A stretch of DNA of 64,000 bases from the NCBI GenBank assembly GCA_000708835.1, contig DF237273.1, forward strand, positions 38,816 to 102,815, in the 5' to 3' direction. The position numbers and the translations under genes are program-made. Shown in pieces: positions 1-14,300 of the stretch. Numbering within the stretch: position 1 is the first letter of the stretch; the number at the start of each line of letters is the position of its first letter. The notes under the pieces were generated by a model that did not search any database, had not been told where the DNA came from, and worked only from the letters and a program-made list of their open reading frames with translations. Origin of the DNA: Klebsormidium nitens (taxonomy: Eukaryota > Plantae > Klebsormidiophyceae).

Positions 1-2207
1 TGCTTTTCTACCCGGACGTCCTGCACAAGGACCGAGGCTCCCATGACATCAGGTGCCGTGCTAAGCCAAAGGAGGGCGGTGTTGTGAGCGCTAGCCTAAG
101 CAGGGAATGTTCATCTCACGTCAGTGAAGAATAGCAGGCTCCGTGAAGAACAGCAGGCAAGGCAAGCGATGGGGACCGAAAGCAGAGTGCACTGGATACA
201 GCTTGCGTAATAAGTATTACCACCACCCGCAACGGCACCCTCGGGAAGAGCAAAATTGTCAAATGCATCACATTCTGTGGCATGACAGAAACCTGGTTCA
301 AAGTTGTTGTACCGGGAAAGGGAGAGGATGACAGAAAATTGCAGGGTAAAAGACCGACTGAAGCGAATGCAAGCTCACCCCCGACACCCCCGACTTTGAC
401 CCGTTCACGGCCTTCTTCCGTTCCCTGTTCCTGCCTAGCCTTGAAGCTGTCTCCTGGCTTGACGCCGGTTCCGCGACCGCATCTTGAAACACTTCCTCGT
501 CCTCCTCTTCTCGTTGTTCTTCAGCCACCGGCCCTTCTTCTTCTTCTACAGATTTTACAAGCTCTGCTGGTTTCGCCCTTATTTCAGGGCCGGTATCCTG
601 TCCCTTCTCCTCAACCCCATCCTCTTCTACTTGCTGCACAGCCTCCTCAGTGGCCTCAACTTTGTCCTCGTTCTCAGGAGTCGGTTGCTCCGACGGGCGG
701 TCCAAGACCTCTGCAGCTTCTTCTGGTTCGTCGCCTGAGGCGGACTCGTCCTCTCTCTCCTGAGTCAGACCCTGTGGAGCTGTTTCGGCCAGGAAGGGCA
801 GCAGCGAATCGAACCCTGGGTCTTGGGTCATTGGCTGAAACTCATCGAACCTCCTGCAGGAAAGAGGGGGTAACCAATCTTAGAAACTTTGCAGTCTCGA
901 GCATCTTTACCTCACAGCCTGAAGCCAGAAGCACCTGTCAACAAAGAAAACAAGCTACCCATGATCTAAAAGTCAAGAGGCGTTCATAGGTACCAGCAAC
1001 ACAATTATAAGCCGGTCTGGGATTGAAAGTCAGAAGGACGAGTGATGGAAGGAGGAAAGTGCTCGGAGGAAATCATCCTGGAAGAAAAGGTTTTGCTTGC
1101 AAAGGTGCCTGTAGAATGTGGCAGCTTGAGCTTTGAAAGATGTGTGCGGATGTCAATCGACAAACTTCCATCTGGGGAAGTCGAGGCAATTCATGCGACT
1201 TCAAGTGGTAATTATCAGGAGGGAATGGAAACAGAGCTTACGCGTCGGGGGCAGAGGCGGCAGGATCCGCTGCAGGTGGTTGACTCTCAACAGGAGCCGC
1301 TTCTTCCGTCCCATCCTCAAATGCTTCATTGTAGCTGTCAGCTCGGTTAGGACTGTCCAAGTCTTCATCTTGTGAAGTGAAGCGGGCCGGCTCCTGGAGA
1401 TCCAAGAAGCCGCCAGTCGCCTGGATCTCATCTTCAACTGAATCCTGCTATGAAAACATATACAGCAATCACTATCAATCTTTACAAGGACTTATACCTT
1501 TCAACGAAGAGAAGCTGTTTGCTACCTTGTAAAATCGCTCCAAGGAGTCGATAACTCCTCAGAATGTGCCGCCATTGGTAGACGACAAGACTCAGGCACA
1601 AAAGTGTCACTTTGCTCAACTAGCAGCGATGCACAGATAGAAATCCTAAACTTGTAAGGCAGATCTTGGAAACTTTGAATGCAAAAACCACAACACTGCA
1701 AAACCTTGAGGTGGCGTACCTTGAGGCCCGATGCATCTTCTTGCTGCACACCGAGGTCTGCCTGTTCGACAGGCACAGTGTCCTCTTCTGCATCTAGTGG
1801 GGTGAAATCATCGCCATACTGCGCTGGGCCCCAGCCTGCAAGGTCCACAGAAGCGCTGATATGAGATTACCAACATGAGGCTCTTCTTACCTTGCTAGCC
1901 CTCTGTGCAGAAGTGACTGATAGCAACTGACTCTCATCATTGATTGTCTGCCACCGTTGCACGCCAACTCTGAACACAGGGGTTCTATAGAACTTACTTC
2001 AGTTCTTACCCTCATGAAAAAGTCCTTGACAGAGGCAAATGCGGGGATGTAAAAAGGCTGCAAGATGCTTTACCTGGTATCTGAGCAAGCGCTTCTGCCT
2101 GGTCAGCTGGGATAAGCGCCCTGCGGATAGCCTGAAGGTTGACAAGCAAAACTCAGAAAGGTTTTCTTGTCGTTGAGTTTCATTTGTGCCTCCTCTGAAT
2201 TTACCAT
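1..2207 (-). CDS. Hypothetical multi-exon protein (possible organellar presequence, long acidic linker, possibly PPR-like C-terminal part); 3' end lies beyond the window start
   Basis: Manual splicing gives a phase-consistent chain. It starts with an ATG-only first coding exon (2207-2205, cag|ATG|gtaaat), then MAIRRALIPADQAEALAQIPAFLHPRICLCQGLFHEELACNGG...LHRGLASAS, then acidic exons (1721-1855, 1243-1446, and the 298-831 ORF), then exons near 214-285 and 10-110 (SAHNTALLWLSTAPDVMGASVLVQDVR). No family is confidently recognised. Confidence 0.55.
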
Positions 2208-3545
2208 CTGCCCCGTTTGTGCCAGGTCGAATGCAAATCATAATCGAACCTCAATTGATTACGAAGCTCAAATTAACACCTCTGACTACATCATCAAAAG
2301 CTCATCAAGTATCTTGGCAATGCACCACTTCTACTTCTTTCTGCATAAGTATTTGAAGAGGGGCACTCAAGTTTACCAAGGTTTATCAACTTTTACCAGA
2401 AACAAAGAAGTTGATCATCCTGCAAGTTGGGTGTTTGTCCTTGAAGCAGAAAATATCCTCTCTAAAGTAGTACGCAACATTTCTTGCAGCTGGACCATAC
2501 TGGCCACAATGTGACATACAAAGAAAGCAAGGTCTCAGTTTCTCACATTGCTGTATAAATCTGCAGACATTGTCCCACCAGCTCTTATTTTCCCAGCAAA
2601 ACCAAAAAAAGGCAACCCTGCAGATCGTTGATGCAGTTCTTTGGGCGCAACTCGAAGTGCCACCTACAAGTAATGCAGGTGCAAGCTTCTGCTCAGCACA
2701 CCTCTTCCTTCCTCAACAGTGGACACCAGAATGCCGTCTTCGCATAAACTGTTCTGCACATCATGCTGCCAACAGCATTGCCTAGTACGGTAGTAGCTTA
2801 GGCATCCATGGGTATTGGGCAACCTGACTCAGTGCTGCAGCCTGGCCCTCAGCCTGCACTGGCAGGACCAAAACTCAAGACTCGAATGATGAATCAGGTT
2901 TGCCGGCGCAATTTGCGCTGCGGCAGTGTATTTCAGGCAGGGGGGTATAAAAAATTGGCATCTTAGCCCCCAGCAGGGTTTTGGAGTACTTTTGTGACTT
3001 GTCCCATGCGCCACGTAATCACCTAAAATCGCATACAAGCCCAGTCAGAATCCACAAGCATGCCACGTCATCTATAAACCAAGAAGCTATACTGTTACGA
3101 GTCACGAGAAAGTGCACATTGAGATACCGAGACCTGATCTGCTTCATCGAGTATATCATCGAGCTTGCGTTTCATGAACGTTGAATGAGCCGGCGTCGAT
3201 TGATGTCTGCACGATACATCTGAGTCGAGGCAAAGCGGATGTACGTCTTCATGATTTGGCGGCCTCGCAGTATGTCGGAGTCTAAGTTGACGTACAAGTA
3301 CATGAGCATCATCATGGCTTGAAAAAGAGGAGCTTTTGCAAAATCTGCCCTGTACGTATCACGGTTTCGATTCAAATAACGAATAGCCAGCGGCACATGC
3401 ATGTCACTAACACCACATGCGCAGGCTCAAATTCGGTCCTATCCTTACAGACGCAATACTGATACTTATTGCGTGGACAATGATTGCTACGATCTCAGTG
3501 CATCATGTCGCATGTGATTTTACACTCTGTTGATGGGCAACTTTA

Positions 3546-6500
3546 CTAAGACTCTTTCTTTTCAAGCGTCCTTTCAAGCTGAGTTCGACTTGTAAACACT
3601 TTCTTGTTTAGATACAAAACCAGAAGAACGAAGTGTACGAAACCATAGGAAGTCATTGCTGCGGCTTTCAGGTAAGGGTACTGTGCTGGCGGCTCAAGAA
3701 ATAGAGCTCCTAAATGTATCACCACAACTCCGATCAGAGACGCCGGGAACGCAAGTCGAAACCACACGCAAGAATCCCCAAGCCCTGACGGCGGTGGATT
3801 TGCTATCAGGAGGTACAGGACTTGCGAGGCAACGTACGTGAGCGCCTGGCCGTCTCTCACAAGAAGGGGGAACATGCTGAAAGCTGCAATTGGTGCTAAC
3901 CACTGTACCACCCAAGGGCTGTCCAACGCGAGCATTGTTGCGGGCAGTAGCGGCAGTAGAATCGACTTCTCGTGCACTGCAAAGATCAAAGGATTATCAC
4001 ATAAGCCAAAACTTCGCAGATTTTTAGGCAAAATTTCTCGACGACCAGCGAGCAATATGAGCGCAGCAACTCAGCTCTGTCAGTGTTCTGTTAAGATGCA
4101 GTGATGACAACCAATCAGGTACTTATTCCGCTGACCAGAGAGACCAAGTTCCCAAGTTGCGATGACGGAAGGCTCAGCTCGAACGAGCAGGACAAGACAT
4201 CCGAAAGCAGTCAACAGCTCAACAAGTGCATCTTCGCACCAACCCCTATGACCTCGAGACGCCCCACCCAAGGCCGATGAAATTCTACAGCAATGTTCTG
4301 TCCCACCCAAGGCAGAAAGCAAGGAGCCTGCTATACACAACACTTCGTCCCCTCACCCTGGAAGGAAAAGAGGAAGAAGGCCAGGCCCGAGATAAGCATT
4401 CCCCGAATGAGGCCCTGCTTGGACGGCCGTCGGATCTCGTTCCACATGAACGGCAGGCATGCCGTGACAGTCGTCGCTCCCGCCAGGCGCGCCGCAGCCT
4501 CGACGCTAAGGCGCTTCTTCCACTTGAAGGCGCGCACCGGCAGCATCGAGGTGGTGCACCAGAAGTTGGCCACGTGGTCCTCCCACAGGCCGCGTTTGAG
4601 AGGCGCTAGGCGGCTAAAGACCTGCGACAATCAGTTGTCGGCAAATTGTGATTAGATGATTGGCATTTAGTCACAAAGGTCTTGACAAAAGACGGTTTAC
4701 GCAAGACTTCAGAGAGGTCAGAGTTTAGGTACGCTCAGCCACTCCCTCAGCCGAGCAGTCCTTGAAAAGCTGCGCTTGGTCTCTACTGCGAGGGATTGAC
4801 AATCGGTTCAACGGAGAGCGGCATCTACTTCGGGGGGATTGCTTTTCACACCGTCCTTCCAATCAAAGCCGGGGGTCCCCCGTGACAACGTTCGCCTTCT
4901 CAACGCCGCAAACCCCATCCGTTTATACTCATTGTCCAGCTCACGGAATACGGAATTCTTCTCAACACGTAAAGTGGCCGCTCTTCAAACGAGCTTGCCC
5001 GTTACAAATCAGGGCAGAACGACTGCAACGACTCTGCAGCGAACCCCGTCCGGTAGTGACAAGAACATGGTTCAACCTCGCTTGTTAAATGCAATTGAGA
5101 GATAACGAAGCATATCGGGCTGTCTGACCTGGAGAACCGCTTCCGCAGAACTGAGGTACGGCGCCCAGAGCACAGCGAAGGTGGCGATGACAATGACGCC
5201 CAGCTTGATGACGTGCAGCAGGGGCCGCCGTTTCTGGAAGGAGCGGCCCAGGAGGTGGGCGAAGAAAGCGGGGGCCAGGTACATGCTCATCTGCGGAGGG
5301 GAGGGGCGAGTGGTTGGCAGCAAAGAGAAGAGCGAACGGTACAAGTGTCGGGGGTTGGGATCGACGATGTATCATGATTTGATAGATACTACGGGCTCGT
5401 TGTCGAGGATTGATGAGAGGAGGTTACATTGGGGAACCCTGAAGACGATGAGCTGAACTTTGCCTTCGACAAAATCAGTGGAGTAGAAGCATGTGCTATT
5501 GAAAAGTTCACTCGAAAGGCAAGCCTGTGAGTGCCAGCGAGAGACTGATACTCGATCGGAAGTATCACTGTATGCAGAAGAGGCGGCCCTCGTGATTCCA
5601 ACATGCTCACGAAAATGCTCAGTATCAGAGATGGGAGATGCTTATTCTACGGACGTTTTTTTGTCACGTTTTTACGAGAAGGGGCGAACGCGCTCGGAAG
5701 GTTCGGGGTTTACCTGCTTGTGGTTGAGAGACAGGCAGAAGAGCACGCTCCCCACCACCTCGTACTCCTGGATGATGGCAGCTGCGGCTGCGAGAGCAAA
5801 CCCGAGGCTGATGCAATTGTACTGCAGCACAAGCAAGAGCTGTGATGTGAGGCGCGGTCTACGAAGCAATGACCGTTCAAAGTCCTGATCCCAAAGGTTT
5901 GAAAGTAGCTTCGAAGGTGAAGTTGAGTCAAACTGTGAACTCGCAAAGATTGGGGTCCGAAACGCACTTCCATGCACATGGGTTGAAGCTCAGCTACAGT
6001 CAATGGTAAACCGCTCTGTGGCGGCCTAATGATTCTTCTCAGGCCTCGCTCTTTATCTTGCCCGACCGGATGTTGATGATCGTGAAACGATCTTCGATTA
6101 TAACCCATCACGAGTTCAGAGTAGAAGGGGGCAGGAACGAATTCTCCAAGTGGTTCGAGGTCAAGCATATTCATGCCACCACTCCTTGACAACATGGTCA
6201 ATCACAGCGGTCCAAAACTCACGAGGTGATCTGCCTGATTATACACACTGGGGGCTACAGTAGTGCTCGACGGCACACTCGGTCACTTTCAGTGGATCTT
6301 GATCAAACAACTGTGGCAGTCAAAGAACGAAGACGATGAAAGTCACAGCAAGTGACTATCATCACGAGCTTCCTTGGAAAGGAAGCAGGGCAGCAAGATA
6401 GTTCGAGGGAATCTTTCACCTGGAAGTGTCCATGGTCCACCAGCAGGCTGGCAGGCTGCAGCAGCAAGATGGATAGCGCCCAGGCCTGCTCCGTCCCGCT

Positions 6501-7544
6501 TCGTCCACCATAGTATGCCCGCACAAACCACCAGGCCGCCGGGAAGAAGACGAGGACGTCCGACAGGAGTACCGTCCACCGCATGAGCAATTTGCTGTGG
6601 TATTGACAGAGAAGGTGAGTCGGTCATTGATTCACAACTGGGTACGATTCCTCTTGCATCAGGCAGACACGGTGATTTTGATGATGGGTCCGCTCAAGAG
6701 TGGAGGTGGTTGCAACCTACAGACTGGCCCAGATAGGGTGGTAAGAAAGATTTCTCAATTAAGTCACTATCACCAAAGCGCAATCGTCAACTTGCAGACT
6801 TCCATATCAGCCCTGACGACCATGGACTATTGACTTTGTAAGAGAACAGTCTGATTGTACACTGCCCCGCGTCAATTCAAGCTTGGTCTCGGCGCCCACC
6901 TGCTTGGCGTCTCATAACCCCTAGAGGACTCCAGTCCCACCGCCTCAGGTTCGAATGCTGACACAAACAGGCCGTGCAGGTAGCTCTGGTAGGCTGTCAG
7001 GGGGGGGTAGTCCAGGCCCCAGTACGTGAGGTTGTTCTGGGGGGTCTCGCTGTACCACTCTCGCACGGGGGTGTGGAGGGTGATCTCCATCCAGTGGCGC
7101 TGAGCCTCATAGTCTCCAAAAGTGGGGGGGTTGCCAGCACCTTGCAAACGAGCAGGCTTCAGAACTCGGCATCTTCTGAACGAGTCAAAGAATCTGAAAT
7201 GTACCATGACTTTGACAGCAAGGGCAAACCAGTTTGGGCAACTTCCCTCACGTTGCCCCCTTGTCTCCAACCAGCACGCTTGTCTTCGGTTCTAGAAGAA
7301 CTTGAGAATGTAGCCTGACGTTCAGGAAAGTGGTGGTGGTCACCTCTCATCACGGTCTTCTGCTGTCGGGTACATGAACAAAGACAACCTGGACATCACC
7401 ACCTTCTTTATGCTGAACTGGGGGGAGTTTCTCACCACTGTATGACGAAAGGCCCACCAGTAGGCGCACCAGGATGGCCAGGAGGAAAACGAACTCCACT
7501 GCCACATTCTGACGGGCGAGAGAGCCAAGAAATCTTGCAAACAT
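3546..7544 (-). CDS. ALG6: Dolichyl-P-Glc:Man9GlcNAc2-PP-dolichol alpha-1,3-glucosyltransferase
   Basis: About 7 exons carry ALG6/ALG8 hallmarks: GDYEAQRHWMEIT, YWGLDYPPLTAYQS, HGHFQYNCISLG, LNHKQMSMYLAPAFF, RGLWEDHVANFWC, FSFQVHEKSILLP. The C-terminus KKES is a dilysine ER-retrieval signal. The start codon is approximate. Confidence 0.95.
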
Positions 7545-7879
7545 ATTGAAGCCCAGATACAATGCAAGGCAGGGCGATCAATCCCTCAGATTGCAGATTG
7601 CATGCCAAGGATGCATCCGACCACCACCTAATAATCAGAGGTTCAACTATATCAGGGATGCGGCGCAACTCCGCAACATGGTGAAGACTTTGTCTCTTTT
7701 GCTTTTGCGAAAAAGACAGCCACAGCACCACGAAGGTAGCTCAAATTGAAAAGGAGGAGGAACACGATTCAAGAAGGCTTCAAATGATGTTTGAAATTGA
7801 CCCTCCACCAACACGATTCCGTCGACAGATATTGCTCCAGCGCACACGCAAATTGAACATTATTCTCGAAATTTGAAAC

Positions 7880-8090
7880 TTATTAATGACACTGGCGTTT
7901 CAATATAATACCGCAAGTTGCTATTTGAGATATACAGCGTTAAATTTCTTAAGTCTAAGAGAGATCTATTCCCAGTGTCGGCCATGGCTCTTATACGCGG
8001 ATTTAAGGAGCTATATAAAATATATACAGTAGTTACTAGTTACCATGGTTTCTAGCGGGCAGATCAATGCACGACGTACAGCATAGGGTG
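7880..8090. promoter_or_regulatory. AT-rich, palindrome-rich core of the ALG6/DYRK divergent spacer with a TATA-like box (TATATAAAA, 8012-8020)
   Basis: Lies between head-to-head genes and is markedly AT-rich relative to its flanks. About 29 four-base palindromes in about 210 bp (hand count). Promoter function is inferred from position only. Confidence 0.4.
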
Positions 8091-8385
8091 ATTCGTGGAG
8101 CAGGTCGCTGGGAATTGGAGCCCTTGCCAGGGCCGTTAAGCATGGGGACGAGCACCTAGCTGCAGCCCTTACATTGTTCTCTATCGTACCTGTTGCTGGT
8201 TGCTTGAAGTTCAAGGGATTGTGACAGCGATGAAGCGAGGGCGCACTTTTGGCCGGACGTTGTGCTGAGCACCCATTCTGAGGCACCTTACGATCCCGCT
8301 GCGAGTTCACCAGATTAGCTACGATGGCCTTTTTTACTGTGTCCCATCAGAAAGGCCCGCCCTTTACTGGCAGCAAACCCGGTGG

Positions 8386-11300
8386 ATGATGAGCTCAAGT
8401 CGGCACGCATTGGCAGGAACAATGCAGGGTTCTGATGTAGCTTTCATCCTAGAGTTCCTCCGTCAGCATGATCTCAAGGTGGCGGAAGAGGCCCTCCGCA
8501 ACGAGTTGGCAGCAAAGGGCAACCTGCTGTCAGATCCACCTGTTGGCAAGGCCAGTGGGAAGGTTTCTGTTTCAGGGAACGGAAGCATCAGCCAGCTGGG
8601 ACTAGCTCAGTTGGTGACAGGTCCTGCTGCTCCTAGTGTTGAAGATGCAATCCCTCAAGGCCTGGCTCCAGTGAGGATCCATTCGAGCCATGATCTCCTC
8701 AAGGCAGGAGAAGAGCCGGTGGAAGAAAAGGGGAAGCGGAAATCAGTCTCCGACCTATCCATGGTCCCCCCGCCCCTTCCTATCGCCGAGCCAGTCACTT
8801 CCCCTGCCATCTCACCCCCTACACATGAGAGTAGTTCGGGCTCAATTAAGCACCATAATGTGCCTGCAAAACACAAACCCCGGGGGACGGGACACAAGAA
8901 CCAGAAGCAGCCAGGTGTGCATCCAATTCTGATCCTGCAGTACTTGTCTACCTCCCCAACAGTTTCAGTATTTGACTTCCTGAATGCATTTGATTCGTCT
9001 GCGTGGATTGGCACGTTTCAGCACGAACAGAATTGTGCTGCTGCCATATATATCCTTATCTGCTTGAGATGCGAAGAAAGCCATGAGATGTACTTTTTTT
9101 CTCAGCACACAAGTTGCAGACAATCAACCAGTGGATGGTTGTATGTTCTACAGGTGGGATGCATCTTGTCGGCCTTGTGATGTCGAGCTTGACAGAAGCA
9201 GAGAAATTGGAGAATGCAAGTACCAACGTCAAACCACCTTGCAAGCTTGGTCTTTTTGAATTGCTACCATACCTGCTGATGCACGCTGTTGTGCAGGGGC
9301 GGCCGATGGGAAGGCCGCTGGCTTCAAGCCAACCTGGGCGCGGCGGGAGTCCACAGAGAAGGGGGAGCCTGCAGAGCCTACTTCCCTGCAGCAGGCACGG
9401 GAGATGCTGCTGGGATTGGCAATGGGCGGAGAGCAGGCGGTGAGAGCCACTAAGGGCTCTGTTGCAGTAGCACTGCTGCCTTGCAAGGCAATCTGTGTGA
9501 TACCATAAAGAAACTTAATCTGCGCCAGCTTTTGCCAGGCTTAGGGAACGGTAGGGTTTCACTAGCTGGTGGTGTGGCGGGCATTTGAAAGCAACCAGGA
9601 CGAGGTGGAGAAGACTTGCGGTGATAGCCTCACTTCAGCATAAATGCAGGACTTGTGAAGGCAGCTGCCCTAAAGTTGCCTATTGCGGGTGCGGCAATCA
9701 ATTAAGCAGAGCTTGAGTTCAACTCGACTTATACTGGCTGAGCTTTCGGTGTCGGAAATGCTTATGTTGCATGTTCACGGGACTGAAGCGATATTATTGT
9801 GCGGACACTTCGAGTTTGCAAGTTGGAAATTTAGAAGCTTGATTGCTGTACAGCATTCTCCTGTACGATCGCCTGTGGTTGAATAGAGCAATAATATTTG
9901 GGGGTACATAGTGGTGGCGCGATGCCGTTGCAGTGTTGCTCCTTTTCTGGATTATTAGAGAAGGCAAAATCAGTGCATCAACATACTTCAGTGTGGCTGC
10001 ATTGATCCAATTTCTTTGACTATGTCAACGTGTCGCTGTTCACTTTTGCCAATCGACCATCAAAGAAGAACACTATGTGCTACAGCTCTTGCCTTTCCTC
10101 ATCAGGTTGTCTGAATCTGCTTGCTCCTCACTTGTCCAAGACTATTCCTTTGTGCCCACTTCCTTAACACCTCTTGTCTTGTCCCCGCCAGTCTGGGACA
10201 CGGCCGGCGGAGGAGGAGTGGGACAGCGACGAGTACGAAGACGAGGACGATGTTGGGTATCACCGGCAGGCCATAGAGGACGAGGAGGCCTTCCTGGCGA
10301 ATGAGATTGAGACGCCCCCCGAAGAGGACGAGGGCCGGAGGACCAGCGCAGGCGGCGAAGGGGCGCACGAAAAGAAGGAGGGCATTGGGGATGACCCGTC
10401 GTTTCAGGAGGAGGCGTACTTCTCAGGGGAGGAGTACTACAAGCTGGAGGGGAAGCCTCAGGAAGACGACGACGAGACGTCGTCCGAGGCGAGCGTTCGC
10501 GAACTGGAGCAGGCCCAGGCAAAGGCGCTGTCGCGGCAGAGCTCGGGGCTGGGGGATGAAAGCGCCGTGGTAGAAGTGGAGGACTTTGGGATTCTGACCG
10601 CTCCAGAGGGGGTGGTGGAAAGGCAGCGGCCGGGGGAGGGGGACGAGAAAGCGAGGAAGAAGGGCCTGGCGGACCTGCTGCAGAAGCTGACGGCAAAGCC
10701 TACGGAGAGGACGAGCAACGGCCGCCCCGCGGAAGAGATCCCGGGTAGCGAGAAGCTGACGGGAGTAGAAGCAGAGGCGGCCGAGGCTGCTGCAGTGCTC
10801 GCTCAGTATGAGAAGGCTGCTGAGGGCGCAAAGAGGGCCCCGGGCGCGCCGGAGGAGGGGCTCTCAGGGTTCTCCTTCCCCGAGCCCGCTTCCGTGGACA
10901 TTGCGCCTCCGATAATACTCGAAACAGGGGGCAAGTCGGTGTGGTCGGTGGACAACTTGTCCCCTGCAAGGACCGACCCCGAGGCGAACAACGAGTCCCC
11001 GCCCCTGGCGATGCCCGACGCAGACGACATGCTCGCGGGGTTTCTGCGCAAGAGCAACGAGACGTCGCCGGTTGCGAGTCCGAAGGAGGAGGTGCGAAAT
11101 GAGGAGGGGCAGGAGGACTTGGATGACGACAGGGGGGATAGCATGCGCGCGGAGGAGGGGGATGACGACATCGACGCGGCGCTGGAGGAGGGTGACGAGG
11201 ACGCGGCGGTGCACGAGCAGCTGCAGCGGATGAAGGCGGAGGAGGAGGAGTTCGAGGTGTTTGACTTGCGAGTGATCCACCGCAAGAACAGGTGCGCAGG

Positions 11301-14300
11301 CGGACCGTTGGAAGGAACAGACCTGGTGCCTTCTTAGGAGGGAAGCCAAAGAGAGCTTCTGGGAGGAGATGCAGAGAAGATGTCTTTCCATTCTATGACA
11401 GGGAGGACATAGTACCCTTTTCTAAGTGGACCTTCGGGCCTACGTGTAAGATCGTGACGCTATTGTGTGGGGCGTCTGCATCTCCTTTTAGGTTTAGTCA
11501 AAGACTGTTGTCTGTCGAGTATGCCGAGTGGCAGTCGGCTATTGCGGTCCTTTGTAATGATTGTAATTCTGCTTAGCACTCACACCTGTGAAAATTTTGT
11601 CATATGAAGAAGTGTCTGCAGTGAGAACAATTCCCACCTGTTCACACACGTCTGCTCAGATCGTGTTTGAAGATGCCCTCCCTCCCATGTGCAGGACCGG
11701 GTTCGAGGAGGAGAAGGACTTCCCGGTGCAGCTGAACGCGGTGGTCGCGGGGCGGTACCACGTGACGGAGTACCTGGGCAGCGCGGCGTTCAGCAAGGCG
11801 ATCCAGGCGCACGACCTGCAGACGGGGATGGACGTGTGCATGAAGATCATCAAGAACAACAAGGACTTCTTCGACCAGAGCCTGGACGAGATCAAGCTGC
11901 TCAAGTACATCAACAAGCACGACCCCGCCGACGAGCACCACATCCTGCGCCTCTACGACTACTTCTACCACCGGGTGAGCGCCGGGGCAGCGCACGTGAC
12001 CGAGCTCGAGAGCAAGTGGTTTAGTTGACAGCCATAAGTGGGGTCGTACTGGGCATCCTTGTCAAACATGGTTGTGACAGGCTACTGTTGGAAGCGTTGC
12101 ATATGCAAACAGAATACTATCAAATCACCAGATGCCAAGTGAATTGGCGCTGTTTGCCCATGTCTGATCGAAATTGGGTCGAAAGCACGGAAAGCTACAA
12201 ACCTGTTGACAGGTCAAGGAAACCCTTCACGTGCGGCTGACGGCACAGGAAGGTACGAAGTGAGTTGCACGGTCTTTGGCTGAAGTGAGTAAACAGGAGG
12301 GGTGGTTAACGTCCGCCTGCGCTGCTTTGCAGGAGCACCTGTTCATTGTCTGCGAGCTGCTGCGCGCTAACCTGTACGAGTTCCACAAGTACAACCGGGA
12401 GTCTGGCGGGGAGGTCTACTTCACCATGGCACGGATACAGGTGCGGCCACTTACCACTGCGATCGGTTTGGGGTCTGTAAACTATTGGAAGACACCTCCT
12501 TTTTGTCTAACGATTTGTAAGATCTTGGTCCGCCGTTTCTTGTCGTACCCCTCGTTGCCATCATGGATGATATAGACAGAGTTCTCTACTTTCCCGTGCT
12601 AGAGAGTGGTTGTTGCCTTCTCCAGGGAATAGTCATCCTTGGGCGTACTGTAGTGTCCACCCCCTGCAGCGGCTTCAGCACCAACTATTAGGAAGGCGGT
12701 AGTTCGCTTCTCTTTGTGGACCAAGCAGTCTTACTTTCGCCCGTCAGCTTCCTTTACTGATAATCTCTCCCGCCCTCGTCAGCCGGAAGCCTACATAGAC
12801 CCTCTTTCACGGCGAAGTTTTTGGTGTCTTCCCCCGAAGCCGAGTACCCTTTCCCTGTGACGCTGCTCCTGAACCGCCCCTCGCCCCTCTCTGCTCGCAG
12901 TGCATCACGGTCCAGATCCTGGAGGCGCTGCACTTCCTGCACGGGCTGGGCCTGCTGCACTGCGACCTGAAGCCGGAGAACATTTTGGTGAAGAGCTACT
13001 CGCGGTGCGAGATCAAGGTGATCGACCTCGGCAGCAGCTGCTTTGCGACGGACCACCTGTGCAGCTACGTGCAGTCGCGCAGCTACCGCGCGCCGGAGGT
13101 CATCTTGGGCCTCCCGTACAGCCACAAGATCGACATCTGGTCGCTCGGCTGCATCCTGGCGGAGCTCTGCAGCGGCACGGTCAGCGCCGCAGCCCCGATA
13201 CTCCTGCTCTAGTTCTCATATCGCTGGCCACATATGTCAAGAATTCACGGGTCAATTGATTGCTAGAAAGATGGCCAGAATGGAGGCTCGATGGATGACG
13301 GTGCCCCGAGTCTCTGGATGCTACGTGGCTCATTTCTGGGGTGGATGCTGTGGCCGTAGATATTAGGGTATCGCGTTTCGGTGTTGCTTTTTAGAGGGTG
13401 TCCAGGCAGGAGGAGCTCGGATGGTATGACGGTTTAGGCGGCAAGAAAGGTTCAGCGGTACCTGTTTGGTGTCCGTGAAATAAACACCAAACAACATTCT
13501 GGGGGCTATTGAGCAGAGTCGGAGCCCGCAATTGACGCATCCCACAAGTATATGGTGAACGACAAAGCAAAGAACCAGCAGTTTGTTTGAATCAGCGGAC
13601 TTTGTCGATCGTAGCTCTGTAATCTGCTCTATGGGCCGCGCCTCAAAGTGCGTCCCCTCGTGCCTACAGGTTCTCTTCCAGAACGATTCTTTGGCCACTC
13701 TGCTGGCTCGCGTTGTTGGCATCCTGGGCCCCATCGACCCGGCCATGCTGGCTCGAGGCAAGGACACCCACAAGTACTTTACCAAGGCCAACATGCTCTA
13801 CGAAAGGAACCAGGTGCGCCGAACAAGAGGCCTACCTTTTAGAAAGACGTTTCGTATCGTCCTTGCTAAGCAGTTCTGTTATCGCCGAAGGTCCGGATGC
13901 AAAAGTTGTGTATTCAAACCAACCTTCGCTGACCTTTGCATTCTTCTATAAGGGTTTCAAAGGTGCTGAGAGCAGGGCAGGAGAGTATAATTGCAAAAAT
14001 TGGTCGCCATTCCATTGCCATGCCATTGATCTGCTGCGTGATCTTGCTCTGTATTCCAGCCATTCCATTGTTCGATCTGCTGCGTAGTCTGTAGTCTTGT
14101 TCTGCACTCCAGCAACCGCAATTAACTGACAGGCCCTGTTTGCTTGGAACTCGCAGGAAACTGACCGACTCGAATACCTTATTCCAAAGAAAACGTCCCT
14201 CCGGCACCGCCTCCCCACTGGCGATGCTGGCTTCACCGAGTTCGTAAGCACGCTGCTAGAGACGAACCCCGAAAAGAGGCCTTCTGCTGAGGAAGCCCTC

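Noticed and set aside
5710-6201. 163-aa ORF in an ALG6 intron
   Set aside because: It partly overlaps a true exon in another frame, shows no recognisable domain and ends in ordinary acceptor-like intron sequence.
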